From the NCBI GenBank assembly GCA_036679645.1, contig JAZDCY010000074.1:1-64000 (forward strand): DNA of 64,000 nt, written 5' to 3'. The stretch is from Gemmatimonadota bacterium. GTDB taxonomy: Bacteria; Gemmatimonadota; Gemmatimonadetes; Gemmatimonadales; GWC2-71-9. Position numbers and translations under genes: made by a program. This document shows, one piece after another, positions 28,768 to 38,520 of this stretch. The notes beneath the pieces were generated by a model that saw nothing but the letters and a program-made list of their open reading frames with translations, did not search any database and was not told where the DNA came from. How positions within the stretch are numbered: the first letter of the stretch is position 1; each line of letters opens with the position of its first letter.

Positions 28768-30162
28768 CTACGCGTGCATCACGCGTCCCATCGCGTCGAG
28801 TGCCGCCTCGGCGACCGCTTCTGACAGCGTGGGATGTGCGTGCACGGCCAGTTCGATTTCCTCAATGGTGTACTCGTTCGCGCGTGCCACAGCGAGTTCG
28901 TGAATCAACTCGCTCGCGTGTGAAGCGACGATGTGCGCGCCCAGGATCTCGCCGTATTTCGTGTCACAGATGATCTTGACGAACCCGTCGGTCTCGTTCG
29001 CCGCCCGTGCCCGGCCGTTCGCGGTGAACGGAAACCTCCCGACCTTGTAGTCGATCTGCTGCTCCTTGCACTGGTCTTCCGTGAAACCGATGCTTGCCAC
29101 TTCGGGATGGCAGTAGGTCACCGACGGGATGTTGTCGTACCGGATCTGGCGCGGCGACTGACCGGCGATCACCTCGGCCACGAACACGCCCTCGCGCGAT
29201 CCCTTGTGCGCCAACATTGGCGGCCCGGCGATGTCGCCTATGCAGTAGACACCGTCGGCAGTCGTACGAAGTAGCTCATCGACCTTCACGAAGCCGCGCT
29301 CATCGAGCTGAATGCCCGTGGTGTCGAGTCCAACCCCCTCGATGTTCAGCGCGCGACCGGCCGCCATGAGCACCTTCTCGACCTCGATCGTTTCGCTCTT
29401 GCCGCTCACGGCGACGTCGAGCGTGACCTTCTTTGCAGTTACCTTGGCGCTCTTGATGGTCGCGCCTACCAGAACCTTGATCTTCCGTTTCTTGAAGACG
29501 CGCGCGAGTGTCGCCGAGGATTCGGTGTCTTCCACCGGCAGCACGCGTGGCAGCGCCTCGATTACGGTGACCTCGCTGCCGAACGCGTTGAAGATATCGG
29601 CGAACTCCATGCCGACGGCGCCGGCCCCGACGACCGCGAGCGACTTGGGGGCCTGATCGAGGAAGAGCGCCTCGTCCGAGGAAATCACCGACGTCTTGTT
29701 GATGTCGAGACCGATTTGCGGGATGCCTTTCACGCGCGTGCCGGTTGCGAGCACAACCGCCTTGGCCGCGGTGTAGACGTCGTTACCGACCTGCACGCGG
29801 CGCCCCTCTTGAAGCACGCCCGTTCCACTCACGACGGTCACCTTGTGCTTCTTCATCAGGAACCCGACACCCTTCGAGTTCTGCTCGCTCACCTGGCGTG
29901 AGCGCTTCATCGCGACGCCATAGTCGAGCTTCACCTGGCCGACGTCGATGCCCAGCAACTTGGCGTCATGCTGGACGACATGGGCCATATGCGCACTATG
30001 CAGCAGGGCCTTGCTGGGTATGCAACCCACATTCACGCAGACACCGCCCAACTTCTCGCGTTCGATGACAGCGGCGTTGAGGCCCAGCTGGGCGCAGCGG
30101 ATGGCACAGACGTAGCCGGCGGGACCTCCGCCGAGAATGATGACATCGAAGGTCTTGGACAT
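28768..30162 (-). CDS. lpdA: Dihydrolipoyl dehydrogenase (E3)
   Basis: GGGPAG, GGVCVNVGCIPSK, HAHPTLSE. Confidence 0.97.
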   Translation of the reverse strand: MSKTFDVIILGGGPAGYVCAIRCAQLGLNAAVIEREKLGGVCVNVGCIPSKALLHSAHMAHVVQHDAKLLGIDVGQVKLDYGVAMKRSRQVSEQNSKGVGFLMKKHKVTVVSGTGVLQEGRRVQVGNDVYTAAKAVVLATGTRVKGIPQIGLDINKTSVISSDEALFLDQAPKSLAVVGAGAVGMEFADIFNAFGSEVTVIEALPRVLPVEDTESSATLARVFKKRKIKVLVGATIKSAKVTAKKVTLDVAVSGKSETIEVEKVLMAAGRALNIEGVGLDTTGIQLDERGFVKVDELLRTTADGVYCIGDIAGPPMLAHKGSREGVFVAEVIAGQSPRQIRYDNIPSVTYCHPEVASIGFTEDQCKEQQIDYKVGRFPFTANGRARAANETDGFVKIICDTKYGEILGAHIVASHASELIHELAVARANEYTIEEIELAVHAHPTLSEAVAEAALDAMGRVMHA

Positions 30163-30166
30163 AGGG

Positions 30167-31384
30167 CTACCAGACGATGGCGAGTGGGTTCTCGAGCATG
30201 CGGGTCAGTGTTTGCATGAATCGCGCGCCGGTGGCGCCGTCGATGACGCGGTGATCGCAGCTCATCGTGACGCGCATGCGGCGGCGCGCGGTGACCGCAC
30301 CGTCTTGAATGACCGCCTTTTCGGCAATCGCGCCGATGGCGAGGATCCCAGCCTCCGGCGGATTGATGACGGCGGTGAACTCGTCGATCCCGAACATGCC
30401 GAGATTCGAGATGGAGAAGGTGCCGCCTGTGTATTCCTCCGGCGTGAGCTTGCGCTCCCGCGCGCGCTCGGCGAGCGCCCGCGTTTCAACCGCGATCTCG
30501 CGCAGGGACTTGGCATGAGCGTTGCGAACGACGGGGGTGATCAGGCCGTCCTCGATCGCTACCGCCATCGAGATGTGCACCTCGTTGAAGTAACGGATCA
30601 CATCGTCCTGCCACCAGGCGTTGCATTCGCGGTGCTGCTGCAACGCAGCGGCCGTCACCTTCACGATGATGTCGTTGAACGAGATCTTCGCATCGCCCAG
30701 GGCATTCAACGATGCGCGCGCTTCAGCCGCACGCTCCATGTCGACCTCGGTCGTGAGGAAGAAATGGGGTATGGGGCCGAGCGACTGCACTAGGCGCCTG
30801 GCGATCGTCTTGCGCAGTTGGGACGGGACGACGTCCTCGTAACTGCCGATGGGTGACACGAGTGGTTGCGGGGTCGCGGCCGCGGGCATACCAGGTCCCT
30901 CGAGATCGCGTTTGACGATCCGGCCGCCGGGGCCGCTTCCGGTGACCGCTGCCAGATCGACGCCGCGCTCCGCGGCAAGGCGCCGGGCTAATGGTGACGC
31001 CTTGACGCGCGCCGTTGCACCACCCGCCACAGGGGGCGGTGCCGCGGCGGCGGGCGGCTCGCGTGTTGGTGCCGCAGGCGGTTCACTGCTTTCCGCGGTG
31101 CCGGTCCCGCCGGCGGTTCCCGCAAGGAGATCTGCAATGTCTTCGTCCTCCGCTGCGATCACGGCAACCAGGCTGCCCACCTCGGTCGTCCCGCCCTCAG
31201 CCAGCAGGATCTTGCGGAGTACGCCGTGCCCTCGCGCCTGCAATTCCATGATGGCCTTGTCGGTCTCTACCTCGGCCAGGATGTCGCCGGCCTCGATCGT
31301 ATCGCCCTCGTGTTTCAACCAGGACGCGATTCGTCCCTCCTCCATGGTGGGAGAGAGTGCTTCCATGACGACCTTGGTTGCCAT
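30167..31384 (-). CDS. pdhC: Pyruvate dehydrogenase E2 dihydrolipoamide acetyltransferase
   Basis: Lipoyl domain ETDKA, E3-binding ASPLARRLA...GSGPGGRI, DHRVIDGA. Confidence 0.95.
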   Translation of the reverse strand: MATKVVMEALSPTMEEGRIASWLKHEGDTIEAGDILAEVETDKAIMELQARGHGVLRKILLAEGGTTEVGSLVAVIAAEDEDIADLLAGTAGGTGTAESSEPPAAPTREPPAAAAPPPVAGGATARVKASPLARRLAAERGVDLAAVTGSGPGGRIVKRDLEGPGMPAAATPQPLVSPIGSYEDVVPSQLRKTIARRLVQSLGPIPHFFLTTEVDMERAAEARASLNALGDAKISFNDIIVKVTAAALQQHRECNAWWQDDVIRYFNEVHISMAVAIEDGLITPVVRNAHAKSLREIAVETRALAERARERKLTPEEYTGGTFSISNLGMFGIDEFTAVINPPEAGILAIGAIAEKAVIQDGAVTARRRMRVTMSCDHRVIDGATGARFMQTLTRMLENPLAIVW

Positions 31385-31404
31385 CCCTGTTTCCGTCCGA
31401 CTCG

Positions 31405-32391
31405 TTAGGTGTCGAGGTAGGTTACGCGCCGCACCGCATCGACGACGCGTTCCGGGCTGGGCTTGGCCGCTTTCTCCAGCCGCTTGTTGTACGGCATAGG
31501 TATGTCGGCCTGCGTGACGCGGAGGATGGGCGCGTCCAGATGGTCGAATGCTTCGCGCTGAATGTCATCGATTACTTGGGCTCCCACCCCGCAGAACGGC
31601 CATCCCTCCTCGACGATCACGCACCGGTTCGTCTTGCGCACGCTGGCCACGATCGTCTCCAGATCCAATGGGCGAATCGTGCGGAGATCGACCACCTCAG
31701 CATCGATCCCATGTCCGTCGGCGAGCTGGTCGGCCGCGCGTTGCGCAACGGTGACGGTCTTCGAGTGGCAGATGAGCGTTACGTCCCGACCAGGTCGCTT
31801 GACCTCCGCCAGCCCGAGCGGAACGGTGAACTCCTCGTCCGGGACCTCGCCCTTCATGTTGTACAGCATCTCGCCTTCGAGAAAGACGACGGGGTTATCG
31901 TCCCGGATGGCCGATTTCAAGAGTCCCTTTGCGTCATACGGCGTAGCGGGCGCGACGACTTTCAAACCGGGAATGTGGGCATACCACGACTCGAACGCCT
32001 GTGAGTGCTGTGCGGCGAGCTGTAGCGCGGCGCCGCCGGGGCCGCGGAATACGATCGGTACCGATCTCTGGCCGCCCGACATGAAGTGCATCTTTGCGGC
32101 CGAGTTCACCACCTGATCGATCGCGAGCAGCGCGAAGTTCCACGTCATGAACTCGATGACCGGCCGCATGCCGACCATCGCGGCCCCCACCCCAATGCCG
32201 GCGAAGCCCAACTCGGCGATAGGCGTGTCCACGACTCGCTGCTCGCCGAATTCCTCGAGGAGACCGCGGCTGACCTTGTATGCGCCCTGGTAGACGCCGA
32301 CTTCCTCGCCCATGAGGAAGACCTCGGGGTCGCGCTGCATCTCCTCTCGCAGAGCCTGGTTCAGGGCGTCTCGGTACGTGATCGTGGGCAC
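31405..32391 (-). CDS. pdhB: Pyruvate dehydrogenase E1 beta subunit
   Basis: [26 protein letters not shown]. Confidence 0.95.
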   Translation of the reverse strand: MPTITYRDALNQALREEMQRDPEVFLMGEEVGVYQGAYKVSRGLLEEFGEQRVVDTPIAELGFAGIGVGAAMVGMRPVIEFMTWNFALLAIDQVVNSAAKMHFMSGGQRSVPIVFRGPGGAALQLAAQHSQAFESWYAHIPGLKVVAPATPYDAKGLLKSAIRDDNPVVFLEGEMLYNMKGEVPDEEFTVPLGLAEVKRPGRDVTLICHSKTVTVAQRAADQLADGHGIDAEVVDLRTIRPLDLETIVASVRKTNRCVIVEEGWPFCGVGAQVIDDIQREAFDHLDAPILRVTQADIPMPYNKRLEKAAKPSPERVVDAVRRVTYLDT

Positions 32392-32396
32392 GTGGG

Positions 32397-33395
32397 TCAG
32401 GACTGATAGACGTACTGGTCGAGTACTGCGGGGTCGGGATCCGGACTCTCTTCGGCGAACTGGAGCGCGCCCTCGATCTCCTCCTGGACAGAGGCCTCGA
32501 CCGCGTCCACGTCCGCATCGCTCATGAGCTTGGCGTCAACCAGCCGCACGCGGAGTTGGTCGATGGGATCCCGGGCCTTCTGCTCCTCCAGCTCTTCTTT
32601 GGTCCGATAGTGACCGTGGATCGGATCGGCCATCGAGTGGCCCATGTAACGGTAGGTGCGCGCTTCGATGAGCGTGGGAAGATGGTCGCTGCGCGCCAAC
32701 TCGACCGCCCGCCGCATAGTCTCGTACACGGCCAGCACATCCATGCCGTCGACCCTCTCCGATGCCATGTCGTACGAGCAGGCCCGTTGGGCGACATCGT
32801 AGACCGCAGCCGAGCGCTCGAGCGCCGTCCCCATGCCATATCGGTTGTTCTCGCAGATGAAGATCGTCGGGAGCTGCCATAGCGCTGCCATGTTCAGCGT
32901 TTCGTGGAACGCACCGATGTTCACCGCTGCCTCACCGAAGTAGCACACTGCGACCTGATCGGTGCCCCGGGCCTTCACCGCGAATCCGGCTCCGGCCGCG
33001 ATCGGGATGTGAGATCCGACGATCGCGTGTCCGCCCAGAAACCCGCGCTCGGCATCGAAGAGATGCATAGAGCCGCCCATCCCCTTCGAACAGCCCGTCT
33101 CCTTGCCGAACAGCTCGGCCATCACAGCCCGTGGCGTCGTCCCGCGGGCCAGCGCATGTGCATGCTCGCGATAGCTCGTAAAGAGGTAGTCGTCGTCGCG
33201 CAGCGCAGCGATTGATCCGACCGCCACCGCTTCCTGACCGATATAGAGGTGACAGAAACCGCCGATCTGCCCCTGCGCGTACGCCTCTCCCGCTTTCTCC
33301 TCGAACCGCCGGATCAACAACATCTGGCGGTAGAGGTTGCGGTAGAACTCGGCGCGCGATGCGTCGAGAGCGGGACTGGATGCGGTGGCGGTCAT
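32397..33395 (-). CDS. pdhA: Pyruvate dehydrogenase E1 alpha subunit
   Basis: [21 protein letters not shown]...[11 protein letters not shown]; start reassigned to ATG 33395. Confidence 0.95.
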   Translation of the reverse strand: MTATASSPALDASRAEFYRNLYRQMLLIRRFEEKAGEAYAQGQIGGFCHLYIGQEAVAVGSIAALRDDDYLFTSYREHAHALARGTTPRAVMAELFGKETGCSKGMGGSMHLFDAERGFLGGHAIVGSHIPIAAGAGFAVKARGTDQVAVCYFGEAAVNIGAFHETLNMAALWQLPTIFICENNRYGMGTALERSAAVYDVAQRACSYDMASERVDGMDVLAVYETMRRAVELARSDHLPTLIEARTYRYMGHSMADPIHGHYRTKEELEEQKARDPIDQLRVRLVDAKLMSDADVDAVEASVQEEIEGALQFAEESPDPDPAVLDQYVYQS

Positions 33396-34294
33396 GAAGC
33401 GGTCGCTAGCGCGCCTTTTACCTGATCCCATGCGTGATAGGACGAGCGGACCAGTGGCCCGCTCTCGACGTGCTTGTATCCCATCTCGCGTCCCGCCTCT
33501 CTGAGTTGTGCGAACTCGCCGGGTGAATAAAACCGCACGACCGGGAGATGCGTAGCCGACGGTCGCAGATACTGACCCAACGTTAGGATGTCCACGTGCT
33601 GTTCCCGCAGGTCGCGCATAGCCACGAGCAGTTCGTCCCACTCCTCGCCCATCCCGCAGATGATGCCCGACTTCGTCATTAGTGACGAATCCATCTCCTT
33701 GGCACGTCGGAGCAGGCGCAGCGCCCTTGGATACCGGCCGCCAGGTCGACAAATGCGATAGAGACGCTCGACCGTCTCGAGATTGTGGTTCAGGATATCG
33801 GGCTTGGTGTCCACTACGATCTCGAGCGCCCGATCTGAGCCCTTGAAATCCGGAATCAACAGCTCGATGGATGTCTCCGGGGATCGCTGCTTGATCTCAG
33901 TGACGCACCCTGCGAAAATTTCCGCCCCACCGTTCTCCAGGTCATCCCGGTCGACGCTCGTGATCACGACATGCTCGAGCCGCATGGCGGCAACCGCTTC
34001 GGCCAAGCGTCGTGGCTCGTGTGCGTCGTACGGGGCCGGCGTCCCGTGGGCCACCGCACAGTAGGCGCAGTTCCGCGTACATACGTTTCCCAGGACCATG
34101 AACGACGCCGTGCGGTGCTGCCAGCACTCACCGATGTTGGGGCAGTGTGCTTCTTCGCACACCGTGTGGAGCTCTAGCTCCCGCATCATCCGCTTCAGAT
34201 CGACGTAGTTCGCGCCGCCGGGTGTCTTCACCTTGAGCCAAGGGGGCTTCCGTTGCGGTGCCGCGTTACGCGCGGTGAGCTGGATCAGTTCCAT
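33392..34294 (-). CDS. lipA: Lipoyl synthase
   Basis: CEEAHCPNIGEC, CTRNCAYC, RSSYHA. Confidence 0.96.
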   Translation of the reverse strand: MELIQLTARNAAPQRKPPWLKVKTPGGANYVDLKRMMRELELHTVCEEAHCPNIGECWQHRTASFMVLGNVCTRNCAYCAVAHGTPAPYDAHEPRRLAEAVAAMRLEHVVITSVDRDDLENGGAEIFAGCVTEIKQRSPETSIELLIPDFKGSDRALEIVVDTKPDILNHNLETVERLYRICRPGGRYPRALRLLRRAKEMDSSLMTKSGIICGMGEEWDELLVAMRDLREQHVDILTLGQYLRPSATHLPVVRFYSPGEFAQLREAGREMGYKHVESGPLVRSSYHAWDQVKGALATAS

Positions 34295-34444
34295 GGGGAG
34301 CGAAACATAGCCGGGGCGCAAAGGGGAGACCAGCAGAGCGCGGCCATTGTCAACCGCATGGTTGAGAATGGGATCCGCAGGCTTGTCGGTGGTCATTTCC
34401 AACACCGGCGGGGGCGGGCGCGGTGGGATGGGGAATGGGCCCGA

Positions 34445-35554
34445 CTATTCCGACCAGAAGCGGCCTGGTGCCAGCGGTGCCAGGTCGTATTCCAGGGGCT
34501 CGTCGGTGAACAGCCCGGCCAGGATCTCGCCGGTGATGCCCGCGAGCAGGATGCCGTTCCGTCCGTGGCCGGTGGCGTACCACAGCCCCTCCACGTCCGG
34601 GTCCTGGCCGATGATGGGCTGGCCGTCTGGTGTTCCGGGTCGCAAGCCCGCCCACCGCCGCCGCAGGGGCGCGCCGTCGAGCGCCGGGTACAGGCGTGTC
34701 GCGTTGGCCTGGACGCGCCCGATACCGTCCTCTGTGACGGAGGCGTCATACCCGACGTGTTCCATCGTCGACCCGGCGACCAGTTCCGCGCCGCGTCGGA
34801 GGATGTAGCCGGCGCCCGTGTAGATGATTGCCGGTGGCTCGTCGGGTGGCCAGTCGAAGGCCGCCATCTGGCCTCGAATGGGCCGCACCGAAAGGGGGCG
34901 GGGTAGTCCCTCGATACGTCCCGACCAGGCACCGGCGGCGAGCACGACGGCACCGGTCGCGTACTTCGCGCGGTCCGTTTCCACACCCGTCACACCGCCG
35001 TTCTCGATCAGCACTCGGGTGGCCCGCTCGCGCCGCGCAATCCGGGCCCCGTGGTTCGCGGCGCTCACGAGGAGTCCCTCGAGCAGGGCGAGCGGATCGA
35101 GCGCACCGTCTTCGGGTGACAGGAGGGCGCCCCGGGTCCGGTCGGTGAGGCCGGGGCACCGCTCGCGCAGGTCTTCGGGCGTGAGCCACTCGGAGTTGAG
35201 GCCCTGTTGGCGCTGCCATGCGACGGAATGGCGCGCGTCGTCCTCGTCTTCCTGGGTGAATGCGATTTTGAGGATGCCGTCGGTCCACAGGGCGATGTCG
35301 ACGCCAGCCTCATCCTCGAGTTGCGGGGCGAGTTCGCAATAGAGGTCTCGCGCACGGATGTACACCCCCAGGAGGGGGTCTTCGATCTCCGTTTCGGCCA
35401 GGGGAGCGAGCATGCCGGCCGAGGCCTGGGTGGCGATCCCGGTCTCTGTGCCCGAATCGATTATGCCTACCGAGAGGCCGGTCAGGGCCAGGGATCGGGC
35501 GGCGGCGGCCCCGATGATGCCACCGCCGACGACGAGGACGTCAGTCGCCGGCAC
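34445..35554 (-). CDS. thiO: Glycine oxidase / DAO-family FAD oxidoreductase
   Basis: GGGIIG, ASAGML, WAGLRPGTPD, GHGRNGILLA. Confidence 0.85.
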   Translation of the reverse strand: MPATDVLVVGGGIIGAAAARSLALTGLSVGIIDSGTETGIATQASAGMLAPLAETEIEDPLLGVYIRARDLYCELAPQLEDEAGVDIALWTDGILKIAFTQEDEDDARHSVAWQRQQGLNSEWLTPEDLRERCPGLTDRTRGALLSPEDGALDPLALLEGLLVSAANHGARIARRERATRVLIENGGVTGVETDRAKYATGAVVLAAGAWSGRIEGLPRPLSVRPIRGQMAAFDWPPDEPPAIIYTGAGYILRRGAELVAGSTMEHVGYDASVTEDGIGRVQANATRLYPALDGAPLRRRWAGLRPGTPDGQPIIGQDPDVEGLWYATGHGRNGILLAGITGEILAGLFTDEPLEYDLAPLAPGRFWSE

Positions 35555-35634
35555 GCCGGGAGCTTGCTCTGAAACCGCGGGCGACGTACACTCGTACGAT
35601 ATTACGTACGAGAGGCTTCGGAAGGGAGTTCAGG

Positions 35635-35856
35635 ATGCGCACGCTCATTGGTTATGCAGTCCTCGCGGTCATCGGCTTCGTCGCGCTCAGCCTTGTTTTG
35701 TCGCTGCTCAGCATCGTTTTTGGGCTCGTAATGAAGCTCTTGATGCTCGCCGCGGTCGGATTCGTTCTCTACCTGATGCTCAAAGTTATCAGCCCGGGCA
35801 CGGCGCGCCGAGTGCGCGATTCCATCAAGGGGTCCGATCGCCCGAAAGCGGCCTGA
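35635..35856 (+). CDS. Small membrane protein
   Basis: 73 aa with two hydrophobic helices, SD GGGAG, followed by a terminator. Confidence 0.7.
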   Translation: MRTLIGYAVLAVIGFVALSLVLSLLSIVFGLVMKLLMLAAVGFVLYLMLKVISPGTARRVRDSIKGSDRPKAA

Positions 35857-35894
35857 GGGTCTCGGACTGCTGTAGCGATCCGGGGGGGGGGGGG

Positions 35895-35923
35895 GGGGCG
35901 CCATGAGTGGCGTCCCTTTTTTT
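35895..35923 (+). terminator. Rho-independent terminator preceded by a G17 tract
   Basis: GGGGCGCCA-TGAG-TGGCGTCCC-TTTTTTT. Confidence 0.75.
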
Positions 35924-35927
35924 GCGT

Positions 35928-36695
35928 TCAGGGAGAGTCGGGTGACGTGACGGAATGCTCCTCGAAGGACCGGAGCCGCATCGTAATCGAACCGATGCCA
36001 ATGAACTTGCTCTTGATCTGCACCACGACCCGGCGCGCGTCGTCCGTGATCCACATCTGGCCCTCGGCCCCTTCCTTGAAGATGCCGCCGCCCTTGATGA
36101 TGGGCCGTACGACGAGTGTAGCGAACCGGCCGGCGGGGACGTCGATCGTGTCCCGCTCCAGCACCTCGAGCACGACCGGGTTCCGGTCGGGCTTGAAGTA
36201 CCGATCGAACTCGTAGCGTTCGCCCGGCACGAGATCGACCGTTCGCACGAAATAAAAGAACGCGGCGTCGTCGAGCGGCTGCACCGATGTGGCGGCAGTC
36301 GTGTCGACCCCCTCCCGACGGTAGAACCCCGAATCGGGGAAGATTTCGTAGACGTTGCGATACTCCCGGCCCCCCTCCTGATGATCCTGCACGAATCTCC
36401 GGGACGCGAAGTCGTGAAGTCCGATCCACGAGTCCCACACATTGTGCAGGCGGTAGACCACGAAGTTGCGGCTTTCGATGAGGAAGCGGATGTGCAACGA
36501 CTCACGGTCGCGGATCGTATCGATGCCGGCCACCTCCAACGTCGCGCGACCCAGATTGAGAAACCCCCATTTCACCTCGTACTCGAGTCGCTCACCGACC
36601 CACGAACGGGGGTCACCGGCGGTGCTGTCTGATTGCGCCGCAAGCGGACCAGCGGCGAGTCCGCACAGCACCAACAACGTGATGGCAGGCCTCAT
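35928..36695 (-). CDS. DUF3108-type exported protein
   Basis: Signal peptide, GERLEYEVKWG, ERDTIDVPAGRF, WITDDARR. Confidence 0.8.
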   Translation of the reverse strand: MRPAITLLVLCGLAAGPLAAQSDSTAGDPRSWVGERLEYEVKWGFLNLGRATLEVAGIDTIRDRESLHIRFLIESRNFVVYRLHNVWDSWIGLHDFASRRFVQDHQEGGREYRNVYEIFPDSGFYRREGVDTTAATSVQPLDDAAFFYFVRTVDLVPGERYEFDRYFKPDRNPVVLEVLERDTIDVPAGRFATLVVRPIIKGGGIFKEGAEGQMWITDDARRVVVQIKSKFIGIGSITMRLRSFEEHSVTSPDSP

Positions 36696-37438
36696 GACTG
36701 CACCCGGGCGGTGGACGGGTCAATCCGGAGCGCGCGGCCCGCGCGAAACAGGGCTACGGCCAAGGTCAGGGGATGCTGCTCGAACAGGGGCTGCGCGATC
36801 GCGCGCGCTGGGAGCGGCACGGTGGCGAGTTGCCGTGCGTGCGATGCGGCGCGCGCGATGAGTTCCGCCCGGGCACACGCGCTGTTGCCCGACTCCAGGA
36901 GACTGCCGGACTGCTGCCGGAGCGCCAGCTTGAGCGTGATGAGTCGCAGTGCGTAGCAGTCTGACATCAGGTCCCTAACTCCAGGAACCCGCACGCCAGG
37001 ACGCAGCAACCATGTAGCCGAGCGCCGGATGAGGCGGCGGGCGAACGAGTGCTCGCGTCCGAACGTCTCGGCGACCACTAGATCGGCGCCTGAATCGATG
37101 CGCCGCACCAACTCGGGTAGCGCATCGGGCGAGACCGCGAAATCTGGAGGGACGACGATGGCGATGTCCCGTTTCGGGCGGTCGGTGCGCCCGAGCGCGT
37201 CCCGCAGCAGCGCCTCGAGGCTTGCGGCGTCCGAGCGTGGGCGCTCGGAGCGCAGCACGGTCATGGGTAGGACGCGCTGGTACCGCTCCAACAACTCGGC
37301 GGTCTCGTCGTTCCCGCTCTCGTCGGCCACCAGCAGGTGGTATTCGCGTGGGAACTCGGTAAAGACCTGGCGCACCTTCCACAGGACGAGTCCCACGGTC
37401 GGGGCGTGATTCCGGGTCGATACGCAGATATAGATCAT
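36692..37438 (-). CDS. Glycosyltransferase family 2-like protein (degenerate motifs)
   Basis: MIYICVSTRN...LLVADESGNDET...GADLVV GT-A pattern. Confidence 0.65.
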   Translation of the reverse strand: MIYICVSTRNHAPTVGLVLWKVRQVFTEFPREYHLLVADESGNDETAELLERYQRVLPMTVLRSERPRSDAASLEALLRDALGRTDRPKRDIAIVVPPDFAVSPDALPELVRRIDSGADLVVAETFGREHSFARRLIRRSATWLLRPGVRVPGVRDLMSDCYALRLITLKLALRQQSGSLLESGNSACARAELIARAASHARQLATVPLPARAIAQPLFEQHPLTLAVALFRAGRALRIDPSTARVQS

Positions 37439-38520
37439 CGGTTGAGCGTCTCGTAGATCTCCATGGTCCGTGTCGCCATCAGGTCGGCTCCATGCCGGCC
37501 GCAGATTTTCGGAGCCAGCGCTTGCACGCGGCGGCGTTGCTCATCGTTGTCCAACCAGCTGGCAACCGCTGCCGCAACGGCGGCCGGGTCTCGCGGTGGG
37601 ACCAGCGTTCCGGTCTCGGGCCTCACGATTTCGCGCAGGCCACCGGTATCTGTGGCCACGACCGGGCGGCCCCGTACGAGGGCGTCCAGCACCGCACCGC
37701 CTAACCCCTCGGACAACGGCGTGTGGACCAGCAGGTCCGCGCGCCGGAGCAGGGGTCCGGGGTCGTCGATGAAACCGGTGAAGGTGACCGGTGCTCCCAG
37801 CCGCCGGGCCAACTGCTCGAGGCGTTCCCGTTCCGGGCCATCTCCCGCGATCACCCAGCGGATGCCTGGCGTGCCAGGCCGGCTCGCAGCCGCGATACCG
37901 GTTGCTACCCCCTTCTCGGGACTGAGTGCGCCCAGTATGAGCACCACCCGCGCCTCCGGGCCGATGCCCCAACGGCGCAGGTCCGCGGTCGGCTCGGTTG
38001 GAAGCGGAGTCCGCACGGCACTGGGGATCTGAGCAATGCGTGCGGCCGGTACTCCAGCGCGTACGAGCGAATCGCGCACCGCGGACGAGATCGCAATGTA
38101 ACGGGAGACGCCCGTGCGGTACTTCCAGCGACCGCGCGGTCGGCGGGTGACGCGTCGCGTGACGACGAGTGGTAGCCGTACTGCCCTCGCCCCGAACACC
38201 TGGGCCGTTCGGGCGATGGCATGTGCGCGGGCGTCGTGTGCGTGGAGCACAGTTGCTCCCCACGCAAACGAGACCCGCCGAAAGTGCCTGGCAGCACCGA
38301 TGGCGAGATCATGCGGCACCGGCACGGTGCTTACTGGAATACGGTGCGAGTTGGCCCACGCGACCAGCGGTGATCCTTCGATCGTCCACAGGTGGACTGA
38401 CACACCGCGCCGGTGCAGTCCCGCTGCCAGGAGCGCGACCTGTCGTTGTCCCCCCCGCCAGGCGGTACCGGTATCCGCACACATGATCCGGGGCGGTAGG
38501 TTCGGGCTGGTCCGCGTCAT
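37435..38520 (-). CDS. Glycosyltransferase family 4
   Basis: WRGGQRQ, LHAH, LSPEKG, EGLGGAVLDA, PVVATDTGG. Confidence 0.9.
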   Translation of the reverse strand: MTRTSPNLPPRIMCADTGTAWRGGQRQVALLAAGLHRRGVSVHLWTIEGSPLVAWANSHRIPVSTVPVPHDLAIGAARHFRRVSFAWGATVLHAHDARAHAIARTAQVFGARAVRLPLVVTRRVTRRPRGRWKYRTGVSRYIAISSAVRDSLVRAGVPAARIAQIPSAVRTPLPTEPTADLRRWGIGPEARVVLILGALSPEKGVATGIAAASRPGTPGIRWVIAGDGPERERLEQLARRLGAPVTFTGFIDDPGPLLRRADLLVHTPLSEGLGGAVLDALVRGRPVVATDTGGLREIVRPETGTLVPPRDPAAVAAAVASWLDNDEQRRRVQALAPKICGRHGADLMATRTMEIYETLNR

